From Chiloscyllium plagiosum (lineage: Eukaryota), in assembly GCF_004010195.1 (NCBI RefSeq), contig NC_057720.1, positions 16,250,491 to 16,308,728 of the forward strand: a stretch of 58,238 bases of DNA, in the 5' to 3' direction. Made by a program: the position numbers and the translations under genes. This document shows positions 48,729-58,238 of the stretch, in pieces. Under the pieces are notes generated by a model. That model had not been told where the DNA came from. It searched no databases and saw only the letters and a program-made list of their open reading frames with translations. Position 1 is the first letter of the stretch. The number at the start of each line of letters is the position of its first letter.

Positions 48729-51094
48729 ATCTCTTGTCATGGCCCACTTGAGAAATTGTCCTGACATTACAGTCAGTTGCACACTAAAAGTTGAAGTTTT
48801 AATCAAACTTCTCAATGTTCAGTTGTTTACTTGTCTAATGGACCCAAGTTAACAGAAAACACTAACCAGGTTTCTGCACTTTAAAAAGATTGACTATTTA
48901 TTAGGAAGACATCATCTCTAACCACAGTCAAACAAAACTGATGATATGTCAACATTTGCTGAAACTAGCTACGAGCTAGAACTGTAATCCTTCATGATCC
49001 CCTGCATATACATATAAACTGATACTAATAAACATGGATGTTATGGGTGGATGAAAAAGCATTAAGGAACACAGCATTAGTCCACAGAATTTGAAAAGAT
49101 GTCCCACTCACTTGTTGCAAGTCCTTCTGTTCTCCAGTCCCCTTACTTGCAGATACTTGCAGTTCTTTGCTGAAGAGACACGGTTGTTGTAACATTAATT
49201 GTTCAGTTTCTCATCCACTTGGTAGAGGCAAAAGCTTACAGCAAATGGGTGGGAGGGACTAGCTGTCTTTCAGTGCTTGGTTTCTTCACTGCAGAGAGAG
49301 ATGCTCTCTCTTGCAGTCTGGAAGCCTTCTGCTTACTGTTGACACGCACTCTGTCCACTGCCGAGGAGCCAATTAGACAGTTGTTGCCATGTTAATGGCT
49401 CCTGGTTTTTAAAATTGGTCCAGATTGCACAAACCAATTTACACACAAATGAACACACTCCCCCACCATCCCCTCTGGTGCTGTGCTGTGTTAGATATCT
49501 GCACTGCTTGAACAAAGCAACGGTGTAAACACAACTCACAATTGTTGCTTTCAAAGGAGCAACTATTCCCTCCACAGTCTGTGGTTTAGAGAAATCCTTT
49601 CCTCATTTTGGTCCATCATCCAAAATAAAGAAATATAAAAAGATGCAACAGGAAGTCCACAAGCTTGTTTGGAAAGCTGGAGCCCAGTCTGCCACTAGGA
49701 GGAAACCATTTGATAATTCCATTGTGCGCTAACAGGCCTTAAATGGTCTTTAGATCACATCAATTGGTTTATGCTCACTTCCATTGTGAACAAAAGTCCT
49801 GCCCACAGACAGGGAACTCAAGGGAAAACTGACCTGATGAAGAACAGCATCCAGCCATAGGAACATCTGGCTGCTGACCAATTCTAATTTTATTATGATA
49901 ACCCAGACAACTGTTCCCCACCTTCACTGAAACATCTTAGGTACTGCCTATATCAAGTCAAGCCTCTATCTTGCAACTCTGCTTTCAAACTCTACCCAAG
50001 GTCCTCCAAAACAGGCATGCAGAAATGACCAATGGTGCTCATTTTATTAAATCTAACCAGGCAGTTGGATCCATACTTCAAACAGGTAAGTGATCCTCAT
50101 GAAAGAGTGCCAGTACTAACATTCACACCCCCTCTGCTCACTTTAGTGCATCTCTTGCAAAAAAGGTGCATAACATTATTTAAAATACAAGAGGCTTTGT
50201 GAAGGTACTTTGTATTTTTGAAAAGCAGAAAAACACAATTAAAACCCGTGGTAGGGCTGACACCAGCATAGCCAAAATGGGATGAATGGTTCTCTTCAAT
50301 ATTGTTATGATCCTACCACCAATTTTAATGATGACCATTAGCATAAGATACATACAACACGTCAAACCAGCTCATGGTCCAAGAGTCTGAAGACATCACA
50401 TTTTGCTGACAAATTTGGGCAGAATGGCTTTTGGCTGCTTTCATTGTGAATTAATAAATAATTTTGTTCTAATTTATCTGTATTCAAAGTGGTGTTGGCA
50501 AGAATTATATCCATATTCTTAATGGCCTCTTGAGGAAAGACTGACAAATGAGTAGTGGAACGCACTTATCAAAACCTAGCCAGCTTTGATAATCCAACTC
50601 GTAATAACTTTATTCACAATCAGCTAAAAGTGGCAGCATTATTGCAATGTTTATTACATTTTACATCGATCACAGCAATCAGGACTTCTAGTACAACCTC
50701 ATAAAGACTTTCTGTCACCTCACATCAGCTACTTATAACTGCAATGTAATATTAAGGCTATTAAACTTTGATTGGCATTAAAACACCATACAATTATAAT
50801 ACAGTTGCATTAAAAGTACTATTAAAATCTCATTATTGTTTTCACAATCAACTGTCTTGGAAATAATATTTGGGGTTAACGCATTAATTTTTGTGCAAAG
50901 AAGATGAAACATTAATATAGGAATATGATTAAACTCAGACATGTGGAAACCCCTTTTAACAATTTTGATAGAAGCAAAATGTTGAGTGGATAAATGGTTT
51001 CAGTTCTCTATGCTCAATAGCAGCCTCAAAACAATGCATCATGCCAATGATTTTCCAAGCTTTGTCATAATATTAGTCTGGTCAATACAGTGAG

Positions 51095-51530
51095 AAACGT
51101 AAACAGTTATTGGTCACCAGGTCTTAGGAAGGATACATTAGCCTTGGAGAATGCAGCATTGATTTACCAGGATGGTAACTGGAATCCAAGGTTTAAATTA
51201 CATTCCCTAGAATTTAGAGATGTAGGGAATAATTTGATGCAAATTTTTAAGATCTTAAGGAAACAGATAGGTTGGATAGAGAAGAGCTATTTCCACTCTT
51301 CAGGGTGCTAGAACTATCACAGGTCTAGAACAAAGAAGAATTGTCTCCAAATGTCAGGATTGAAACTTGGAAACACTTGCACATTGCAAAAGACATTTGT
51401 CCCACAAATAGCAACTACGTCAATTCACAGATTTAAGTCTGAGCTTGACAGATTTTTGTTACCCAAATATATTAAAGGATACAGGACAATGGCACCGTAT
51501 GGAATTGGGTCACGGATCATTCAATTTTCA
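51095..51530 (+). mobile_element. Old CR1 LINE 3' fragment
   Basis: YWSPGLRKDTLALE...LEFR..NLMQIFKILR; FKSELDRFL. Confidence 0.7.
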
Positions 51531-52389
51531 ATGCTCCTAGTTACTATTTTAATGAATTCCTTTAGACATCTTTGAGAAAAGATTTCAAAACTGTTTCGTG
51601 AGTCAACCTCAACAATATTTTACATGAGAAATTTAGAACCAAAAACGAATTCGCCAAATCAACAATATAGTTGTTACCTAAATACCTTGAATTTGGAATA
51701 ATCATGAACTTGGTGTGATCAAAAACAAAGTTGTGCCAGTAAGAAAGCTTTGGAAGTAAAAAACTGCCTTCACTTCTAACAAATTGAGTGTACCACATAT
51801 CATCTCACTTCAACAGCTTTCCAGTGTGTAAGGCATTTTGATATTTGGTGTATTTGTGGTGCTGTAAAGTCTTTCAAGCTGTAAGGCTTTTTCTGATTTT
51901 TTTGTGTATTTCTGTCATTCTGTAATATGAGGCCTTTGTTTGTCTTTTGTAAATATGTTTTGTATTTATGCTTTTGGGAATATATTGTCATTAAAAATAA
52001 CTGTAAAGGAAGCTGGAAAAGATGGAAGTAATTGAACAATTTCTGGTCGAAGAGAAATTGTCATGTGATTTGTTGGAACTTAAAAATCAAAAACGTCAAA
52101 GTGCACTTTGTTCACTCACTGTTCACAAAATGTCAGAAGACTTTGAGGAAAGCACACAAGCAAAGCTTTTGGGAGAGAGAAAACATGAGTTTTACGACTT
52201 CAGTTGCTTAAAAAACTTGGATTGGAAGAGATGGGGCATTGAAGATCATAAGACCATAAGAAATAGGAACTGGTGTAGGCCACTTGGCTCCTTGACCCTG
52301 CTCTGGATGGTGGCTGATCCAACATTCCTCACATTCATTTCTCAACATTTCCCCATTACTCTTCAATCCCTTACTGATCAAGAATTTTT

Positions 52390-54790
52390 TTTCAACTTAT
52401 TCATTTTTAGTGGGATGTGGGTGTCGCTGGCTGGCCAGCATTTATTGTCCATCCCTAGTTGCCCTTGAGAAGGTGGGGACGAGCTGTCTCTTGAACTGCT
52501 GCAGTCCTGTGGGTTGACCCACAATGCCATTAGGGAGGGAATTCCAGGATTCTGACCCAGCGACAGTGAAGGAACAGCGATATATTTCCAAGTCAGACTG
52601 TTGAGTAACTTGGAGGAGAACTTGAAGATGGTAGTGTTCCCATATATCTACCACCCTTGTTTTTCTGTAGACATGCAGGAGTCTGGAAAAACACAGCATG
52701 CCAGGCAGCATCAGGAGGTGGAGAAGAGAACTTTTCTAGTGTAACCCTTCTTCAGGACTGAGTTTGGGTAGAAGGGGAGCTGCAGCTAAAGGTGGGGAGG
52801 GAGGGTATAGGGTGGGGAGAGGGGTAGGGTGGTGAGGTAGGGATAGGTGAACACAGGTGGAGGGTATGACTGGTTGGTCAATGGGAGGAATGAATCTGGG
52901 TGGTGGCTGGAAGGAAGGGTCAGAGGAATGGAATCAGAGGGAGGGGCTGGAAAGGGAGTAGGGAGATGGAAAGAGAGGTTGTTTGAAATTGGAGAACTCA
53001 TTATTGAATCCTCCGAGCTGTAGTCTGCCCAGGTGGAAGATGTGGTGTTGTTCCTCCAATTTGTGGTTTGATTCACTGCGGCAATGGAGGAGGTCAAGGA
53101 TGGTCATGTCGGAAGGTGAGTGGGAAGGTGAATTAAAATGGGTGGTGGCTGAGAGGTCAGACCAGCCCCTGCAGGCCTGCTGAAATACTCAACAAAATGT
53201 TCCCTGAGTTTATGTATGGTCTTACTGATTTAGTGAAGACCACATTGGAAGCGCCTAATATAGTAAACTAGATTGGAGGAAAGGCAGATGAACCTCTGTC
53301 TCACCTGGAAGGACTGTTTGGGGCCCTGTATTGAGGTGAGGGGGGTGTGTACCAACAGGTTTGGCATTTTTTCCGGTTGCACCGGGAGGTACCTGGGGGG
53401 TTCGCGGGGTTGGTGGGGAGAGTGGCATGAACCAAAAGTTAGCAAAGGGAATGGTCCTTGCAGAAGGCAGAGAGGTGTGGGGAAGGGAAGACATTTTTGG
53501 TGGTGGGGTCTAGTTGGAGTTGGCATAAGTGTTTAAGGATGATACGTTGGATGCAGAGACTGGTGAGGTGGTCGTTAAGGACAAGGGGGACCCTGCTTTA
53601 TTGCATTTGGAGAGTGGGGTTGCATTTAGAGCTGTGGAGCAGGGAATGGAGGTGGTGCAGTGGAGGGCTGTCTGGATGACAGAGGGGGGAAAGCACGTTG
53701 TTCAAAATACATGGACATCTGGGATGCTTGGGAGTGGAATGTCTCCTCATCTGAGCAGATGCGGTGGAGGCAGAGGAATTGTGAAAACAGGATGGAGTTC
53801 TTGCAGGATACTGGGTGGGAGGAGGTGTAGTCCAGGTAGTTATCGGAGTCTGTGCATTTATGGTAGACATCCATCTGGCGATTATCACCGGAGATGGAAA
53901 TGGAGAGGTCAAGAAAGGGGAGAAAGGTGTCTGAGATAGAGCAAATGAATTTAAGGGCAAGGTGCTTGTCCTTCTAGATGGAAGTAGTCATGGGTTTGGG
54001 AAGGTGCTGTCAGAGGGTCTTTGGTGAATTTCCGCAATGTATCTTGTAGACAGTACACACTGCTGCTACTGAGCATTGGTGGTGGAGGGAGTGAATGCTT
54101 GTGGATGCAGTGCCAAACAAGTCGGCTGTTTTATCCTGGATGGCGTCAAGCTTCTTGAGTGTTGTTGGGGTTGCATTCATCCAGGCAAGTGGGGAGTATT
54201 CCATCACACTCCTGACTTGTGCCTTGGAGATGGTGGACAGGCTTTCGGGAGTCAGGAGGTGAGTTACCTGCTGCAGTATTCCTAGCTTCTGACCTGCTCT
54301 TATAGTCACTGCATTTATGTGGTGAGTCCAATTAAGTTTCTGATCAATGACAACTCCCAGGGTATTGATAATGGGGGATACAGTAATGGTAACACCATTG
54401 AATGTGGTAGTTGGATTGTCTTGTGCTGGTGGTCACAGCCTGGCATTTGTGTGGTACAAATGTTACCTGCCACTTGTCTGCCCAAGCCTGGATATTGTCC
54501 AGATCTTGTTGCATTCGGACACGGACTGCTTCAGTATCTGAGGAGTTGCAAATGGCGCTGAGCATTGTGCAATTGACAGCAAACATCCACACTCTGACCT
54601 TATGATGGAGGGAAGATCATTGGTGAAGCAGCTGAAGATGGTTGGGCCTAAGAGCCTGAGGAAGTCCTGCAGAGATATCCTGGAGCTGAGATGGCTGACC
54701 TCCAACAATCACTTTTCCTCTACATCAGGTATGATTCTAAACATATGATGTCACACCCAGTCGAATACAGCCTTGATGTCACTCGACCTT
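52390..54790 (-). mobile_element. Second-family CR1/L2-group LINE 3' half
   Basis: LLTPESLSTISKAQVRSVMEYSPLAWM (54010-54309); MQQDLDNIQAWADKWQVTF (54344-54592); LGPTIFSCFTNDLPS. Confidence 0.85.
52670..53962 (-). mobile_element. Penelope-like element 3' half with pLTR
   Basis: YHKCTDSDNYLDYTSSHPVSCKNSILFSQFLCLHRICS (53626-53874); QRFICLSSNLVYYIR..CGLH (GIY-YIG); ctgaagaaggg...gaaa at 52733-52756 on the minus strand. Confidence 0.9.
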
Positions 54791-57394
54791 AAATATACAA
54801 AGGACACTGTCCCCACAACTGTCTGTGGCAAGGAGTTCCAAAACTCACAATCCTTTGAGAGAAGAAATCCTTTCTCATCTCAGTCTTAAATTAGCATCTC
54901 TATTTTCTGAGAGGATGCCATCTAGTCCTAGATTCTCCTATGACAGGCAACATCCTCTCAACGTTTCCTCTATCAAGTCCCTTAAGAATTGATATGTTTC
55001 AAAGCAATCACCTCTAATTCTTCAAACTCCAATGAGTAGAGTCCCAACCTGTTTAGCCTTTGTTTATAAGACGATCCCTCCATTCCAGGGATCAATGGAG
55101 TGAACTGCCTTGTCTGAACTGCCTTCAATGAAATGATATCCTTGTATTAATGAGATGTTTGTAGTACCTTCCACAGTAAAGAGTGATGCAAAATATCCTC
55201 CTCTGCCATTTTCTTTGTTTCCTATAACCATCTCCCTTAGTTTCTAAGGTGTTTATATTCGCTTTGAACTTTCTTCCTTTTTATATATTTTAAGAAGCTT
55301 TTATCATCAGTTTTTGTATTCCTTATTAGTTTGCCCTCATAGTTTATTTTCTGTGTTTTTATTATATTTTTCAACCTCCTTTTCTGGATTCTGAATTTAT
55401 CCCAGTTTTCGGTGCTATCTCTAACTTTTGCCTTCTCATATACTTGTACTTTCAACTTGAAACTCTCCTTAATCTCCTTGGTTAGCCATGGTTGATGTAT
55501 CCCTCTTTTAAAACCTTCGCTTTTGATATATTTTTGATGAGAGTCATGAATTATCTCCTTAAATGTCTGCCACTGCTTGCTTACGGTCATTCCTGCTGAC
55601 CTATCTGCCCAATTCATTTGAGCTAATTCTATCATCATTTCATTGCAATGCCTTTTAGTTAAGTTAAACACAGTTGTTTCTAGCCCAAGTTTCCCATTCT
55701 CAAACTGTATATTAAATTTTATCATGTTATGGTCACTACTTTCTAGGGGATTTTATTTACTCAAAGGTCATATACTAAGCCTGCCTCATTACTCATTACC
55801 AGCTCCAAGACAGTCTGCTCCTTGGTTGGTTCCATGACAAATGCTCTCAGAAACTATCCCTAATGCACTCTATGAATTCATTGTCTCAGCTATCCATTCT
55901 AATTTGATTAGCCTCATCAATATCTATAATTATTGCTCTATTAATTTTGCATGCTCCTATTATTTGTTGAGTTACAGCCTTCCCTACAGAGTGGTTACTG
56001 TTTGGTAGTCTGTACATTACCCTTACCAATGTCTTCATTCCTTTGCTATTTTTTAACTCCACCTAAATGGTGTAGAAACATGTAAGCCTAGATCATTTCT
56101 CACTACCGTCTTTATTTCATCTCTTACATCTCTTCCATTCCTTCTCTCTGAAAGGTCAAATATCCTTGAATGTTAAGCTCTGAGTTTTGATCTCCTTGTA
56201 ATCATGTTTCCATAATGGCTATGGGATCATATTCATGTACCCCAATTTGCATCATTAGTTCATCTATCTTATTCTGAATTCTTTGCAAATTAAAATACAA
56301 TGTCTTTAAGATTGTTCAATTCTTGGACTTCCCTACAGTTTTATGATTCCTTGGTGCAATATGACATTCACATATTCCAGCCCTTCCTTTAATTTTCTGG
56401 GAACAATCAGCTCTATCACTAACCCACAGCCCTACTTTCTCCTTTACATTTAATTTTCTAATTTTCCATGTGACCATGTCAAATGATATGCTGAAAGTAG
56501 GCTAACAACACCCTCTGAACTAAAGTTGCAGTTTTCAGGATACACCTGATTGTGGCAGTTGAAGGAACAAACCTCCAAGAAGCTGCCAGCAAAAGGGAGA
56601 TCTCTCTCCTGAAAAACAAGAAAGCTTACAGCAGGAAAAGCTGCACAGATCTTGTTCTGTAATGTAATTTCCGGGAACATGAAAAATTTCCAGAAATTAC
56701 TATCTTTAACTTCCTCTTAAATTCAGAAAATGAGCCATTACTTCTAATTGACTGAGGTCTGAATTAAAGTTCTCCCACTGATTACTGTATACGGCTGTCA
56801 GCATAATGAGTTTGATGACAGAAAGTCGATTGGGCTGTGAGAAGTGTTCCCTTTATTCATCCTTTGAGTTTGGACTTTTGACTATTTGCTTTCTTTGAGA
56901 GTTGATGGGCCAAAGGGTCTTTTACTCTTACGCTACGATAACGTCTCTGACTCTCTGACTACAACTAAATGACAAATTCTTCCCAGCTCGCTGGATAGAA
57001 ACATTGTTCATGCTACTAACTTCAAAGTTGTTTCATTTCGGGCTGTACATCAAGCTGTCGAAATATCTGGCTTTGAGTCAGCATTGAAGGATTTCTGCAC
57101 CTCATTTGTGTGGTCAGGTGTCATTACTAGTCAGTGATAGATAGATTTCCTGAATAACAACAAGTCTCCTTGGATTATGTTCAGGCTGAATCAAACTCCA
57201 GAAAGCCAATTGATGAAGGATAGAATTGGAGTCAATCTTTACACACTTTTAAGAACATTTATTTGCCGAGTTACGCCTTACGCATGCATCTCCCAACCAA
57301 ATTCATTACATTCAAATTCCAAACCAGAGGGACTACATGAAGTGACTTTCTCACAGCTTTTGGCTTTTGGTGATGATATCATATCATTGGGATA

Positions 57395-57667
57395 TAGAGT
57401 CAGACAGTCATACAGCACAGAAACAGACCCTTCAGTCCAACCCGTCTGCGCTGACCAGACATCCCAATCTGAGCCAGTCCCATTTGCCAGCTCTTGGCCC
57501 ATATCCCTCTCAACCCTTCCTATTCATATACGCATCCAGATGCCTTTTAAATGTTGTAATTGTACCACTTCCTCTGGCAGCTCATTCCATACACGCACCA
57601 CCCTCTGCGTGAAATGGTTATCCCTTAGGTCCCTTTTATATCTTTCCCCTCTCATCTTAAACTTATG
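57395..57667 (-). mobile_element. HER1-like CR1 3' end
   Basis: Homologous to 42638-42890; tail ctgtatgactgtctgactctat. Confidence 0.9.
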
Positions 57668-58238
57668 AACACCTGGATAGGAATAATGTGATCAAGCATG
57701 GTTTTGTGAAGGGCAGGTCGTGCCTCACAAACCTTATTGAATTCTTTGAGAAGGTGACTAAGGAGGTGGATGAGGGGAAAGCGGTAGATGTGGTGTATAT
57801 GGATTTTAGTAAGGCGTTTGATAAGGTTCCCCATGGTAGACTACTGCAAAAAATACGGAGGTATGGCATTGAGGGTGAGTTGGAGGTCTGGATTAGGAGT
57901 TGGCTGGCTGGAAGAAGACAGAGGGTAGTAGTTGATGGCAAAGGTTCATCTTGGAGTGCCGTCACTAGCGGTGTTCCGCAAGGATCTGTTTTGGGACCAT
58001 TGCTCTTTGTGATTTTTATAAATGACCTGGAGGAGGGGTTAGAAGGTTAGGTGAGCATGTTTGCGGATGATACGAAAGTCGGAGGAGTTGTAGACAGTGA
58101 GGAAGGATGTGGCAGGTTACAGCGGGATATAGATAAGCTGCAGAACTGGGCAGAAAGGTGGCAAATGGAGTTCAATGTAGCTAAGTGTGAGGTGATTCAC
58201 TTTGATAAGAGTAACAAAAAGATGGGGTACTGGACTAA
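57663..58238 (+). mobile_element. Relatively young CR1 LINE RT region, running off the window end
   Basis: [18 protein letters not shown]...[16 protein letters not shown]...[27 protein letters not shown]; CpGs retained; in-frame stop near 58050. Confidence 0.95.

Larger units (their letters stand above)
38100..49650 (-). mobile_element. Gmr1-like Gypsy LTR retrotransposon (5' LTR, PBS, gag with SCAN-like region, PR-INT-RT-RNaseH), decayed and multiply interrupted
   Basis: Minus strand, high to low: LTR ~49650-48735; gag ~46265-45700 and 42635-42015 (YDAVNRTIL, LEEFK, VMADNY); PR KPITI*RHTEASQNL ~41150; INT CHECQVVGK ~40140, MQSDQGSKF ~39900, FSGPCK ~39380; RT YWQVPL..AFITPNGLYQ..MAFGL ~39150, VYLD ~38990; RNaseH to NVITDALS ~38220. 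Confidence 0.9.
52245..56330 (-). mobile_element. CR1 LINE (3' tail 52245-52385; body 54790-56330) split by nested insertions
   Basis: Minus ORF 55237-55725 (QWQTFKEII...PWLTKEIK...KSFLKYIKRK); RRDFFSQRIVSFWNSLP near 54840; tail cttatggtcttatg. Confidence 0.8.

Noticed and set aside
50061..50091. Possible 25-nt plus-strand micro-exon ending cag|gtaagt
   Set aside because: Weak acceptor with no polypyrimidine tract and no recognisable peptide
51562..52240. Short ORFs on both strands in AT-rich unique sequence
   Set aside because: No domain similarity recognised and low-complexity composition

Overview
Eukaryotic, repeat-dominated DNA from a cartilaginous fish, almost certainly a shark. The evidence is HE1-type tRNA SINEs, HER1/CR1 LINEs and a DeuSINE (SacSINE1-like) remnant. 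I could not support any host protein-coding gene, rRNA, tRNA or CRISPR array, and the ORF track is explained by decayed transposon frames and a stop-free minisatellite. The window is a stack of nested elements: many CR1-group LINEs, Penelope-like elements (PLEs) with hammerhead-ribozyme motifs, a Gmr1-type Gypsy element with PR-INT-RT-RH order (38.1-49.65 kb), two solo LTRs and Harbinger remnants. The most unusual points are four. (1) A Tx1-type LINE appears to have inserted repeatedly at one site next to the TATA box of a solo LTR (11.9-12.4 kb). (2) A ~2.8-kb 24-bp minisatellite with 48/96/744-bp higher-order structure arose inside a CR1 ORF1. (3) A head-to-head pair of different CR1 LINEs, both 3' tails outward, sits at a single point in the Gypsy gag. 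(4) There are several short, TSD-flanked palindromic PLE derivatives centred on hammerhead motifs. TE-poor AT-rich islands (7.1-11.2 kb and others) may hold regulatory DNA. Family assignments come from motif recognition by eye, and boundaries are approximate.
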